Made by a program: the position numbers and the translations under genes. DNA of 64,000 nt. Origin: Longimicrobiales bacterium. GTDB taxonomy: Bacteria > Gemmatimonadota > Gemmatimonadetes > Longimicrobiales > Gaopeijiaceae. The DNA lies in assembly GCA_965226375.1 (NCBI GenBank), contig CBDDCX010000008.1, forward strand, positions 1,216,001 to 1,280,000, read 5' to 3'. The notes beneath the pieces are model-generated. The model was not told where the DNA came from. It made no database searches and saw only the letters and a program-made list of their open reading frames with translations. Shown here piece after piece: positions 28,630 to 38,775 of this stretch (positions within the stretch are counted from its first letter, which is position 1; every line of letters begins with the position of its first letter).

Positions 28630-29688
28630 CTATTCCGGGGCTTCTCCTGTTCCGCCAAGCTGCAGGGCCCTTTCCATTTTCCGTACACGCTGCCGAAGGT
28701 CGGCAAGGCGGTACAGTGCGGCCGTGGCCCGATGGAAGTCTTTGATGGGTCTAGCCGGGCAGCCAAAAACCGTCTCTCCAGCCGGCACGTCTTCGATAAT
28801 TCCCGCCTGACCACCCACCTTGACCCCGTCACCGATCTCTACATGATCGGCGGCGCCAGACTGCCCCCCCCACATCGTACCGGCCCCAATGCTCGTCGAA
28901 CCCGCGATACCCACCTGCCCCGCCAGGAAGCTGTTGGGTCCGATCGTCACGTTGTGCGCGATGTGCACCAGGTTGTCGAGCTTGGTCTGATTACCGAGTT
29001 CGGTACGGCCGATGGAGCCCCGATCGATGCAGCTGTTCGCGCCGACTTCCACGTCGTCCCCAATCACACAATGACCGACATGGGGAATCTTCTTCATCCC
29101 GCCGTCACTAGACGTATAGCCAAAGCCATCCACACCGATGCGTGCTCCTGCGTGGAGAACGACCCGATCACCCACCAGCACCTGAGGATAGAGCACTACG
29201 TGGGGGTGCAGTACCGTATCCGCGCCGATCCTCGCACCCTGTCGGACCACGACGTGAGCGTGGAGGGTGGCCCGGTCACCGATGACGACCTCGTCTTCGA
29301 CCACCACGTAAGGGCCTATACAGACGTCGAGGCCGAGTCGAACCCCGTCGCCCATCACCGCCGTGGGATGCGTACCGGGCCGGCGAGGCGGTTCGGGATG
29401 GAAGTGGCCGAGGAGGACGACCATGGCTTCACGAGGATCCTCGACGACCAAACGGTTAGACGCATCGACCACTTCGACGTCGAGCTCTTCGGATATCAGC
29501 AGCGCGCCTGCCTCGCTCTCCGGCAACGTCTCCAGATACGCGCGATCGGCGAGCAGTCCCAACTCGGTTGGCCCAGCATTCGCGAGGGTGGCGATGCCCT
29601 GGATGGACAGGTCGACATTGCCCACGACGCGTCCATCCACGAGGGACGCCAGATCGCCCAGAGTACGTTGCGCAGGACCGGACGCCAC
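28630..29688 (-). CDS. lpxD: UDP-3-O-acylglucosamine N-acyltransferase
   Basis: IGVDGFGY, EVGANSCIDRG, KLDNLVHIAHNV, hexapeptide repeats. Confidence 0.96.
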   Translation of the reverse strand: MASGPAQRTLGDLASLVDGRVVGNVDLSIQGIATLANAGPTELGLLADRAYLETLPESEAGALLISEELDVEVVDASNRLVVEDPREAMVVLLGHFHPEPPRRPGTHPTAVMGDGVRLGLDVCIGPYVVVEDEVVIGDRATLHAHVVVRQGARIGADTVLHPHVVLYPQVLVGDRVVLHAGARIGVDGFGYTSSDGGMKKIPHVGHCVIGDDVEVGANSCIDRGSIGRTELGNQTKLDNLVHIAHNVTIGPNSFLAGQVGIAGSTSIGAGTMWGGQSGAADHVEIGDGVKVGGQAGIIEDVPAGETVFGCPARPIKDFHRATAALYRLADLRQRVRKMERALQLGGTGEAPE

Positions 29689-29691
29689 GGG

Positions 29692-30213
29692 TCAGCCTCC
29701 TTGGGCCAACCTCTGGATCACGGTATCCGTCAGGTCGAGAGTCTCATCCGCCGCGATCAACCCGCCCGCCGAGACATCGAAGATGAACGTATAGGAGCCC
29801 TCCTCACGGATGTCCTGGATGATGCTGTTGATACGTTCCATGATGGGTGCCACCAACTCCTGCTGGCGCCGAGCGGCCTCGGCCTCGATCTCTCCCATAC
29901 GAGCTTGATACTGCTGCTGCTTTTGGACGATCTGCTGCTGCCGGTTTCTTCGAACATCGGGACTCAACGTGACCTGCTGCGCAGAATAACGACTCATCAG
30001 TTCGCCGATCTCGGCCTCGAGGGCCTGTAGCTCACTCTCGAGCGGCACCATCTCCCTCTGGAACTGTTCCTGAGCGGCGAGAGCCTCAGAACTCTCGGCC
30101 ACGATCGCCGATGAGTTGATATAACCGATCTTGAGGCCACCATCCGCACCCTGCGCGCTAGCAACTCCACCCGGAAGAAGGAGCGAACAAATGAAGAGAA
30201 GAACTCGTCGCAT
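29692..30213 (-). CDS. skp: OmpH/Skp periplasmic chaperone
   Basis: Signal peptide, KIGYIN, coiled coil, DLTDTVIQRL. Lies between bamA and lpxD. Confidence 0.9.
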   Translation of the reverse strand: MRRVLLFICSLLLPGGVASAQGADGGLKIGYINSSAIVAESSEALAAQEQFQREMVPLESELQALEAEIGELMSRYSAQQVTLSPDVRRNRQQQIVQKQQQYQARMGEIEAEAARRQQELVAPIMERINSIIQDIREEGSYTFIFDVSAGGLIAADETLDLTDTVIQRLAQGG

Positions 30214-30230
30214 AAAAAGATACTCCCTGA

Positions 30231-32669
30231 TCAGAACCCACCGCCGCCGAGGTTGAAGTGTAGCTGCCAACCCGGCTCCGGCTTGTCGAAGCCGTAGGCG
30301 TAATCCAGCCCAACGGGCCCGAACGGGGTCACCAACAGAATCCCGATGCCCGCACCTCGATTCAACTTAGTCGGGTCCATTTCGCCGGGATGGCGCCAGA
30401 CGTTACCCGCATCGAAGAAGACCGATGCCGAAAGAGAGGCTCCCATCCGCAACGCGAGCTCGGTGGTCATGGAGAAGAAGGCAGTACCGAGGCGGTCGAT
30501 GTCGAGAATCTCCCGGGACTGCTCCGGAAAATACCCCTCGGGCGTTATGGTGGTCTCGTCATAACCTCTGAGCTGTTCACCGAACTGGACTCCACCCATC
30601 CAGAAACGCTCGAAGGGAAACGCCTCGCTGTCTCCCTGGACGGCACCGGTTCGGAAGGTCGTACCCAGCGCAAACGTCAGGCCCGAGCCCGGTTGGTTCG
30701 GATCACCACCCGACGTACCCACCGGTATCCACCAAGCGCCCTCGGCTGTCGTCTTGATGTACCTTCCGTCACCCTGCAGAACCCCACCTGTGAAATCCAC
30801 GTTCACCGCCTGACGCCCACCTACCGTCGGGAACAGAGGGTGATTCAGCGTGGACCGCGTAAGGCCGATAGAAATCGTGCTCTGAGTCGCCGACGGGCGA
30901 CCGAACAAGGACTGATCGGAGGTAGCGCTTTGGAGAGTGTATTTCGTTCGCGAGAGCCCGTAGCCGGCAAAAAAACGGGTGAAGCGCGCACCGGGGATCG
31001 GGAATCCGAACCGGAGTCCTACACCGGCCCGTTTCCGCTGTCCGGACTGAAAGCTGATGAATCGATCACGGGCGTTGAAAATGTTTAGCGACCCACTCAC
31101 CAAGCTCTCGAAGATGCCCGGATCCGAATAGCTGAGTGTTTGGTTATTGGCGTATCGGCCAAAATCCCACCGAACGCTCCCGGACTTACCTTTGCCGAAC
31201 AGGTTGGGCTGATCGTAGCCGACGAACCCGGCCACACCCGTCCTGCCCCCGACGGAAGTACCGAAGTTGATCGCTCCGGTCGGCTTCTCGGTCACTCTGA
31301 AGGTGACGTCCACGTCGCCGTTTTCGTTGGGAACGATGGACGGCACGTCCATGGGTGCATCGAAGTAACCGAGTGAGGAGATACTCTGGAAGCTCTGAAT
31401 GATGCGTTCCTGCGAGTACACGTCCCCCGGAAGGATGAAGATCTTGTCGCGGATGACCCGATCATACGTGTACTCGTTGCCCTCGATGTCGACTCTCGAG
31501 ATATAGGCCTGAGGACCCTCTCTAATCGTCCAGCCCACGTTGACCGTGGCGGGCTCGCCCTCCTGAGCAGGGTTCCGGTTCACGTACGGAACAATCTGAG
31601 AGTGGATGTACCCTTCGTTCTGATAGAGCAGCGCCACCTCAGACGTAGCGGCTTGGAAAGCGATCGAGTCGAAGACCGGAAGCTGGTCCTCTCCGAGAAC
31701 AGTCGTGAAAAGACCCGACTCTTCGGGTTCGAAAAATCCCTGCAGCCGGTCCGTTGGAAATTCTCGGTTCCCCGTGACGGAAAGGTCAGCGAGACGATAT
31801 TCAGTACCCTCTTCCACGGTGATCTCGATACGCGTCTTCCCGGTGGTCGGATCGATGATCAGCGAATCCCCTACCACCTTAAAATCCAGATAACCTCGTG
31901 CGGCGTAGTGGTCCGGGAGGTGTACATAGAGGTCCTCATCGAGGGCCTCACGATCGTATGAACCCGGACTCCACCACCAGAAGCCTTCCGGCCTTACGGA
32001 CATGGCGCCTTTCAGCTCACCATCAGAGAAAAGCTCGTTCCCCTCGAAGACGACATCGGCCACCGTGATCCTCGTGCCTTCCGTCACATCCAAGTAGAGA
32101 ATGACTTCTTTTTCTCGATTCGTAATAGGCTCGCTTCGTTCGACGATGTCGGCGAACGGGATTCCCTTGGAAGCCAGCCTCGCACGAATGAAGCTCTTTG
32201 CGGCGGCCACCCTTCCGGGCGAGTAAGGCAAGCCAGCACGGACTCCGGTGCTGTCCTGGACCTCGTCGACACCGACGCTCACCAAACCTCGGATGATCAC
32301 GTTGCGCATGAGATCGTGCTCTTCGACCTCCCAAACCAGCGTGACGTGCTCCCCGACGTTGCCCTCGATGTGGACGGTGATGTCCCAGAACTGTCCAGAG
32401 GCCCACAGGTCTTTCGTGGCCTTCTGGATGTCGAAGATGGTGTAGGCGCTGCCTCGGTTGATATTCGCCATGGCAACGATAGTGAGGTCGGCCAGACGCA
32501 CGTTGCCCTCGACCGCTACGGAGTCGATGAGAATGGGCCCACTCGATAAATCCTGCTGCGCCTGGGCAGTGAGGGGGAGCACCACAAATGCCATCCAGAC
32601 GGCCCGAAGCGGGAGTGTTTTCACGGCACTGAATATCGAGTTGGACAAAGGTCTGGCTCCGCGCGTCAC
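30231..32669 (-). CDS. bamA: Outer membrane protein assembly factor BamA
   Basis: POTRA repeats, NLFGKG, QLRGYD, FFDAGNVW, TPFGPVGLDYAYG, terminal F. Confidence 0.95.
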   Translation of the reverse strand: MTRGARPLSNSIFSAVKTLPLRAVWMAFVVLPLTAQAQQDLSSGPILIDSVAVEGNVRLADLTIVAMANINRGSAYTIFDIQKATKDLWASGQFWDITVHIEGNVGEHVTLVWEVEEHDLMRNVIIRGLVSVGVDEVQDSTGVRAGLPYSPGRVAAAKSFIRARLASKGIPFADIVERSEPITNREKEVILYLDVTEGTRITVADVVFEGNELFSDGELKGAMSVRPEGFWWWSPGSYDREALDEDLYVHLPDHYAARGYLDFKVVGDSLIIDPTTGKTRIEITVEEGTEYRLADLSVTGNREFPTDRLQGFFEPEESGLFTTVLGEDQLPVFDSIAFQAATSEVALLYQNEGYIHSQIVPYVNRNPAQEGEPATVNVGWTIREGPQAYISRVDIEGNEYTYDRVIRDKIFILPGDVYSQERIIQSFQSISSLGYFDAPMDVPSIVPNENGDVDVTFRVTEKPTGAINFGTSVGGRTGVAGFVGYDQPNLFGKGKSGSVRWDFGRYANNQTLSYSDPGIFESLVSGSLNIFNARDRFISFQSGQRKRAGVGLRFGFPIPGARFTRFFAGYGLSRTKYTLQSATSDQSLFGRPSATQSTISIGLTRSTLNHPLFPTVGGRQAVNVDFTGGVLQGDGRYIKTTAEGAWWIPVGTSGGDPNQPGSGLTFALGTTFRTGAVQGDSEAFPFERFWMGGVQFGEQLRGYDETTITPEGYFPEQSREILDIDRLGTAFFSMTTELALRMGASLSASVFFDAGNVWRHPGEMDPTKLNRGAGIGILLVTPFGPVGLDYAYGFDKPEPGWQLHFNLGGGGF

Positions 32670-35149
32670 GTCTTGCTCTGTGAGGCCGCGGCCAGAGTGA
32701 GCGCCCCTCCGTCGTCGTCCACGTCGACCACGATCTCGTCACCCGCTGAGAAGTCGGCCGTCAGGATGCGCTCGGAGAGGGGATCTTCCAGGTATCGCTG
32801 GATGGCGCGCTTGAGGGGTCGCACCCCGAACTTCTCGTCGTACCCCTTGTCGACGAGAAAATCGATGGCTCCGTCGGAGAGGCTCAAACTGAGTTCCTCT
32901 TCCGCCAGACGCTCGCTGATGTCCCTGAGCAGGATGTGGACGATCTGTCCGATTTCGTCCCGGCTCAGGACGTGGAATACGATCGTGTCATCCACCCGGT
33001 TCAGGAACTCTGGATTGAAGGCCTTTTCAATTTCGTCGCGCACCTTTTTCTGCATGACCTCGTAGGAGGACCTGGGATCGCTGTCGTGGAAACCGAGGCT
33101 TCCACCCTTGGAGATATCCCGGCCGCCCAGGTTGGAGGTCATGATGAGAACCGTGTTCTTGAAATCGATCACGCGGCCGTAGTTGTCCGTGAGATGCCCC
33201 TCGTCGAGCACCTGCAGGAGAATGTTGAAGACGTCCGGATGGGCCTTTTCGATTTCGTCGAGTAGTACCACGGAATAGGGCCGTCGACGCACGGCCTTTG
33301 TGAGCGCACCCGAATCCTCGTAACCCACATAGCCCGGAGGGGCGCCGATCAGCCGCGAGACCGAGAACTTCTCCATGTACTCGCTCATGTCCACCCGAAT
33401 CAGCGCATCGCGATCGGCGAACAAGAACTCCGCGAGTGCTCTGGCCAACTCGGTTTTCCCGACTCCCGTGGGACCCGAGAAGATGAACGAACCGATCGGG
33501 CGCTCTGGATCCTTCAACCCCGCGCGGCTCCTCCTGATGGCCCTGGCGATAGCCTCGATGGCGTCGTCCTGGCCCACCACCCGCTTGTGGAGCTCGTCCT
33601 CCATGTGAACCAGGCGATCCGTCTCGGCCTGTTGCAGTCGGGTGACCGGAATGCCCGTCCAGCGGCTGACGATGAAGGCCACGTCCTCAACGGCGATCTC
33701 GGGGCGATGACGCTTTCGCTCTTCTTCCCAGTCGTCCTGCTCAGCCCGGATCTTCTCCTGTAGCGCCCGCTCCTCATCACGGAGCTCGGCCGCGCGCTCG
33801 AAGTCCTGGTCGCGGATGGCCCCTTCCTTGCGATCGGCGATCTCAGACAGCTCGTCCTTGAGCTCCTCGACCTGGGGCGGCGGCACCTGTGCGGCGATAC
33901 GCGCTCGGGCCCCGGCCTCGTCAATGACGTCGATCGCCTTGTCCGGCAGGAACCGATCGGTGATGTATCGATCGGACAGCTTGGCCGCCTGTCTGACCGC
34001 GTCATCGGGGATAATCACGCGATGATGCTCTTCGTAGTGGGTGCGCAGACCCTGCAGAATGTCGACCGTCTCTTCCACCGACGGGGGATCGACAATGACG
34101 GGCTGGAAGCGTCGCTCCAAGGCCCCGTCCTTCTCGATGTACTTTCGATACTCGTTGAGGGTCGAAGCCCCGATGCACTGCAGCTCACCTCGCGCGAGCG
34201 ACGGCTTGAGCATGTTTGAAGCGTCGATGGCGCCCTCTGCGGCGCCGGCTCCCACCAACGTATGCAGCTCATCGATGAACAGAACCACGTGCTGATTCTG
34301 TGAAATTTCGTTCATCACCGCCTTGAGACGCTCTTCGAACTGCCCACGATACTTGGTTCCGGCGATCACCGCCGCCATGTCCAGCGCCAAGACCCGGTGG
34401 TCCTTGAGCGAGTCGGTGACCTCATTCCGGGAAATGAGCTGCGCGAGTCCTTCCACGATGGCCGTTTTGCCCACGCCAGGTTCACCGATGAGCACTGGGT
34501 TGTTCTTCTTGCGGCGGCAGAGAATTTCCACCACGCGCTCGATTTCGGTGGCACGTCCGATCGTGGGATCCAGCTTGCCCTGACGCGCCAGGTCGGTCAG
34601 ATCTCGGCAGAAGTGATCTAGGGCGGGCGTCTTGGACTTCTTATCGCCCTTGCCCGTGGGCGGCGTGGCCGGTGCCCCACCACCGATACCGGCCGGCTCG
34701 GAGGGTCCCACGTCCGAGCCCAGTACCTTGAGCGTTTCGGACCGAGCCTCCTCCATACTGACGCCCAAGGAGTTGAGGACCTGGGCAGCTATGCCCTTTT
34801 CCTCCCTCAGGAGCCCGAGCAGCAAATGCTCCGTGCCCACGTAGGAGTGATTGAGTTCCCGGGCCTCGGCCATCGCGAACTCGAGGACCTTCTTGGCTCG
34901 TGACGTATAGGGAAGCTCGCCAAGCGCGATGGTCGCCTTTCCCTTCTTGACGGACTCCTCGACCTGATCGTGAATCTGGTCGAGATCCACGTTGAGGTTG
35001 GTGAGGACTGCGGCGGCTACACCTTCACCCTCCCGGATGAGTCCCAGGAGTATATGCTCAGTGCCTACGTAATCGTGCTGGAGTCTGATGGCCTCTTCAC
35101 GGGCCATGGCCAGCACTTTTCGAACGCGATCGGTGAAGTTGTAGTTCAT
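32666..35149 (-). CDS. clpC: ATP-dependent Clp protease ATPase ClpC
   Basis: Two Clp-N repeats (GTEHILLGL), [11 protein letters not shown] middle domain, [11 protein letters not shown] ClpP-binding loop. Confidence 0.97.
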   Translation of the reverse strand: MNYNFTDRVRKVLAMAREEAIRLQHDYVGTEHILLGLIREGEGVAAAVLTNLNVDLDQIHDQVEESVKKGKATIALGELPYTSRAKKVLEFAMAEARELNHSYVGTEHLLLGLLREEKGIAAQVLNSLGVSMEEARSETLKVLGSDVGPSEPAGIGGGAPATPPTGKGDKKSKTPALDHFCRDLTDLARQGKLDPTIGRATEIERVVEILCRRKKNNPVLIGEPGVGKTAIVEGLAQLISRNEVTDSLKDHRVLALDMAAVIAGTKYRGQFEERLKAVMNEISQNQHVVLFIDELHTLVGAGAAEGAIDASNMLKPSLARGELQCIGASTLNEYRKYIEKDGALERRFQPVIVDPPSVEETVDILQGLRTHYEEHHRVIIPDDAVRQAAKLSDRYITDRFLPDKAIDVIDEAGARARIAAQVPPPQVEELKDELSEIADRKEGAIRDQDFERAAELRDEERALQEKIRAEQDDWEEERKRHRPEIAVEDVAFIVSRWTGIPVTRLQQAETDRLVHMEDELHKRVVGQDDAIEAIARAIRRSRAGLKDPERPIGSFIFSGPTGVGKTELARALAEFLFADRDALIRVDMSEYMEKFSVSRLIGAPPGYVGYEDSGALTKAVRRRPYSVVLLDEIEKAHPDVFNILLQVLDEGHLTDNYGRVIDFKNTVLIMTSNLGGRDISKGGSLGFHDSDPRSSYEVMQKKVRDEIEKAFNPEFLNRVDDTIVFHVLSRDEIGQIVHILLRDISERLAEEELSLSLSDGAIDFLVDKGYDEKFGVRPLKRAIQRYLEDPLSERILTADFSAGDEIVVDVDDDGGALTLAAASQSKT

Positions 35150-35161
35150 TCTATCCGTTGG

Positions 35162-36286
35162 TTATCCCTGTGCGGACGAGCCGTTTGCTTCCGTGTCCTC
35201 ATCCGGGACCGAAGCCCCCTCGGTGGCGAGGATACGTCGTACATAAGCCGCCCGGTGGGCATCACACTCCGAAGGCGGCAGGTCTCGTCCAGCTGCCTGT
35301 TCCAAATGGGCAGTCTGGGTAAAAATCATCAATTTGTTAAGGGTATATACCCGAAGTTCTGGGAGGAGTTTCAGGCCCACTCCGAGCCGGATGCCCGACA
35401 ACAGGTTCATCAACTCCTCAAAGGAAAGCGACCTCGCGTACCTGAGGAGTCCATATGCTCGCCAGATCTTGTCTTCAGTAACCTGAGGAGCATCCCGCAA
35501 GAGCACCTGTCTCGCGTGGCTCTCGTACTGAATCACCTGACGGGCAATCTTGTCCAGATGCTCGACCAGGTCCTCTTCACTCTTGCCCAAGGTCGTCTGG
35601 TTCGAGATCTGGAAAAAATTGCCCACAACCTCCGAACCCTCACCGTACAGGCCCCTGAACGTGAGGCCCACCTGTCCGAGCCCCTGCAAGACCTTACCGA
35701 TTTCCTTGGTCAGAACGAGGCCAGGCAGGTGCACGAGCACCGAAGCACGCAGCCCGCTCCCGACGTTGGTGGGACAGCTGGTCAGGAAGCCGAACTCGTG
35801 GTGGTACGCGAAGGGAAGTTCTTGCCCCAACTCTTCATCTAGGCGATCAGCCAGGTTCCACGCTTTCTTGAGGCGAAGGCCCGAGACCAATCCCTGGATG
35901 CGGAGGTGATCCTCTTCGTTGATCATGACGCTCAGTGGATCCTCGGACGCGAGCAACACTCCAGTCGCACGGGCGGGACCTGTCTTCACGTCCCCAAGAA
36001 GCTCCCGCGAGGCCAGGCGTCGCTCGAGAAGGATTCTCCGGCTGCGGTGATCGAGCTCCAGCAGCTCCAACAGCGTGGAGCCCTTCAAGAGGACCACTTT
36101 TTCGGCAGCTCGCTTCATCTGATCGAGCACGGCCTCCCGATCGTTGACCCGTGCCCTAGGCCCGAAAGCGTGCCCCTGGAGGTTGCGGGCGAGGCGCACA
36201 CGGGTGGAAAGCACCACGTCGGAGTGGTCGCCGCTGGCGTCGAGCCAGCCGAGGCCGTAGTCGGGGAGGGCAGGAAAATCGGTCAT
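35162..36286 (-). CDS. mcsB: Protein arginine kinase McsB
   Basis: VVLSTRVRLARNL, MINEEDHLR, GFLTSCPTNVGSGLRAS, QISNQTTLG. Confidence 0.95.
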   Translation of the reverse strand: MTDFPALPDYGLGWLDASGDHSDVVLSTRVRLARNLQGHAFGPRARVNDREAVLDQMKRAAEKVVLLKGSTLLELLELDHRSRRILLERRLASRELLGDVKTGPARATGVLLASEDPLSVMINEEDHLRIQGLVSGLRLKKAWNLADRLDEELGQELPFAYHHEFGFLTSCPTNVGSGLRASVLVHLPGLVLTKEIGKVLQGLGQVGLTFRGLYGEGSEVVGNFFQISNQTTLGKSEEDLVEHLDKIARQVIQYESHARQVLLRDAPQVTEDKIWRAYGLLRYARSLSFEELMNLLSGIRLGVGLKLLPELRVYTLNKLMIFTQTAHLEQAAGRDLPPSECDAHRAAYVRRILATEGASVPDEDTEANGSSAQG

Positions 36287-36294
36287 GTTCGGAC

Positions 36295-36810
36295 TCAGCT
36301 TCCCGCCGGCTCCAGGGTACGAATCTTGTCCCGAATTTCAGCGGCCCGTTCGAAGTCTTCGGAGTCCACGGCCCGTTGCAGCTTGTGCCGAAGCACCTCC
36401 AGCTGCTTCTCCATGTCAGAGGCCGCCGGATCGGGCGGTAGATAGACCTTTCCGACGTGCTGCGTGCTGCCGTGGACCCGGCGAAGAAGTCCCCTCAGGT
36501 AACCTTCGAAGGTGGTGTAGCAGTGTGGGCACCCCAGGCGACCAGCCTCGAGAAAATCATTGAATGTGAGCCCACAAAACGAGCACGACCCGAACGATTC
36601 GGCGGCCTGTTGAGCCGACGGCTCGTCCCCGAGCTGGGCCAGGAATCCGGTCAACGGCAGATTCATCGACTCTTCCAGGCCCTCGACGCCCTTGGCGGCC
36701 GCACATTTCTCGCACAGATGCGAGGTAGACATCTGGTCGTTCTCGATCTGCGTGAGGTGCACGACGGCATCGCCGGACCCACAGACCTCGCAAACGTCTT
36801 TGGATTCCAT
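36295..36810 (-). CDS. mcsA: McsA (CxxC motifs + UVR domain)
   Basis: CEVC, HLCEKC, CSFC, GRLGCPHCY, EDFERAAEIRD. Confidence 0.93.
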   Translation of the reverse strand: MESKDVCEVCGSGDAVVHLTQIENDQMSTSHLCEKCAAAKGVEGLEESMNLPLTGFLAQLGDEPSAQQAAESFGSCSFCGLTFNDFLEAGRLGCPHCYTTFEGYLRGLLRRVHGSTQHVGKVYLPPDPAASDMEKQLEVLRHKLQRAVDSEDFERAAEIRDKIRTLEPAGS

Positions 36811-36815
36811 GGCGC

Positions 36816-37517
36816 CTATACCCCAACCGCCTCGTGGAGTCGACCGTCTCTGAGTTCCAGAATTCGGTCGGTTCTTCCGGCCAGCTCTCGATTGTGTGTT
36901 ACCAACACCATTGCCAACCCCCTGTCTCCTCTCAGGCGGAAGAGGAGATCATGCAGCTCTTCACTCGTGTGCGTATCCAGGTTGCCCGACGGCTCATCCG
37001 CCAGGAGCACGACCGGGTCATTCGAGAGGGCCCGTGCCACGGCAACCCGCTGCTGCTCTCCTCCCGAGAGCTGTGCGGGACGATGTTCCAACCGCCCCTC
37101 GAGTCCCACCGCCGCCAGAAGCTCCCGAGCTCGATCCGCGGCCACGCGCCGATCCGTTCCTGAAATCAAGCATGGCATCATCACATTCTCGAGCGCCGTA
37201 AACTCTCGCAGTAGATGGTGAAACTGAAACACGAACCCGACAGTCTCGTTTCTGATCCCTGCCAGCGCTTCGACATCGAGGCCCGAGACGTCTCGGCCCC
37301 CGACCAGGACCTGGCCGGAGGTCGGTTGATCCAGGGCTCCCAACAGGTGCAGTAAGGTAGATTTCCCCGCTCCACTGCTCCCTACCACGGCGACGGCTTC
37401 CGTCTCGTCGACCCGTAGGTCTACCCCCTCCAGTACGGTGAGTTCGTGGCCGTCACCGCCCATGAAGCTCTTGCAAAGGGCCCGTGCCTCGAGCGCTGCG
37501 GGCGCCCCGTTATTCAT
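36816..37517 (-). CDS. lolD: Lipoprotein-releasing ABC transporter ATPase
   Basis: GSSGAGKST, GFVFQFHHLL, LSGGEQQR, ADEPSGNLD. Confidence 0.93.
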   Translation of the reverse strand: MNNGAPAALEARALCKSFMGGDGHELTVLEGVDLRVDETEAVAVVGSSGAGKSTLLHLLGALDQPTSGQVLVGGRDVSGLDVEALAGIRNETVGFVFQFHHLLREFTALENVMMPCLISGTDRRVAADRARELLAAVGLEGRLEHRPAQLSGGEQQRVAVARALSNDPVVLLADEPSGNLDTHTSEELHDLLFRLRGDRGLAMVLVTHNRELAGRTDRILELRDGRLHEAVGV

Positions 37518-38775
37518 GGCGAATCGCCTCCACGGGCTGGAGCCGAGAAGCCTGGAACGCGGGGTAGATCGTGGCCACGAACGAGATGAGGACGCTGATA
37601 CCGACGATCATGGCGATGTCCGCCGCATGGATGGAGATGGGGAGCCGGTCCACGAAATAGACGTCGGGCGGAATCTTGATGATCTCGAACGTGTCCACCA
37701 GCCAGGAGAGGAAAAGGCCGAGCGTGGTCCCCATTACGGTCCCGATCACTCCGATCCAGAGGCCTTGGAGGATGAAGACCCGCAGAATCCGCCGATCGGT
37801 CATGCCCATGGACTTGAGAATGCCGATCTCACGCGTTCGATCCACGACCACCATGACGAGCGTGCTGACGATGTTGAAGGCCGCCACCACGACGATCAGC
37901 GTGAGGATCAACCCCATGGCCAGCTTCTCGAGCTTGAGGGCCGAAAAGAGGGCGCGGTTCGTGGTGCTCCAACTCACGGCATAGAACTCGAAGCCCAGTT
38001 TCTCCTGGATGGCCTGGGCAACGGCCGAAGCCTGATCCGGATCTTCCGTGCGAACGCTTAGCAACGAGACCCGGTCCGCCTCGAGGATGCCCAGCTGGTC
38101 CTGCGCGGCCTCCAGAGGGACGTAAATGTTCTTCAGGTCGTAATCGTACATGCCCGTCGTGAACGTACCGGTCATCTCGTACTGACGCAGGGTCGGCGTG
38201 GGCATGCCCATGATGTCCACGGTGAGGTTCTCGAAGGAGATGACGGTGAGCGTATCTCCCGAGAACATCGACATCCGGGCGGCCAGCCGGCTCCCCAAGA
38301 CCACTGGCGGGAGCCCCGAGGCCGTTGGCCCCAGGTCGTGGATGCCCTCCTGGATCCGCGCCTCCATCTCAGTGACTGGGGGCCCCTCCGACTCGATGGC
38401 AACGCCGTACAGATCGGCGGGCTGTGTATATCCGGCCCGGGAGACCGCCACGCTGGTGAGGACCAGGGGCGCTACGCCTGTCACGCTCTCTATGTCGCGG
38501 ACGGCGGCCGTCACCTCCCGCCAGTTGTCCATGCGGAGGCTACTGCCCTGTTGTTGCACCATCACATGCGGTGACGACTCCAGGATCTTGCCCATCAGGT
38601 CTTCTTGCATGCCGGTCATAACACCGATCACGATGACCAGGGCGCTGACCCCGACGGTCACGCCGCCCAGGGCTATCCAAGTGATGAAGGAGAGCAATCG
38701 TCCCCCACGCGCAGACGACAGATAGTGGCGGGCAATGTACCACTCCAGACCGCCCGAAGACCGGCCCGGCATCAC
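37510..38775 (-). CDS. Lipoprotein-releasing ABC transporter permease LolC/E
   Basis: IARHYL, LFSALKLEK, AAFNIVSTL, EIGILKSMG, YPAFQASRLQPVEAIRHE. Confidence 0.92.
   Translation of the reverse strand: MMPGRSSGGLEWYIARHYLSSARGGRLLSFITWIALGGVTVGVSALVIVIGVMTGMQEDLMGKILESSPHVMVQQQGSSLRMDNWREVTAAVRDIESVTGVAPLVLTSVAVSRAGYTQPADLYGVAIESEGPPVTEMEARIQEGIHDLGPTASGLPPVVLGSRLAARMSMFSGDTLTVISFENLTVDIMGMPTPTLRQYEMTGTFTTGMYDYDLKNIYVPLEAAQDQLGILEADRVSLLSVRTEDPDQASAVAQAIQEKLGFEFYAVSWSTTNRALFSALKLEKLAMGLILTLIVVVAAFNIVSTLVMVVVDRTREIGILKSMGMTDRRILRVFILQGLWIGVIGTVMGTTLGLFLSWLVDTFEIIKIPPDVYFVDRLPISIHAADIAMIVGISVLISFVATIYPAFQASRLQPVEAIRHE

Noticed and set aside
28732..30030. Long plus-strand ORFs opposite housekeeping genes (this one, 5261-6379, 44502-45572 and others)
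   Set aside because: They are antisense shadows typical of high-GC codon bias, with no recognisable motifs.
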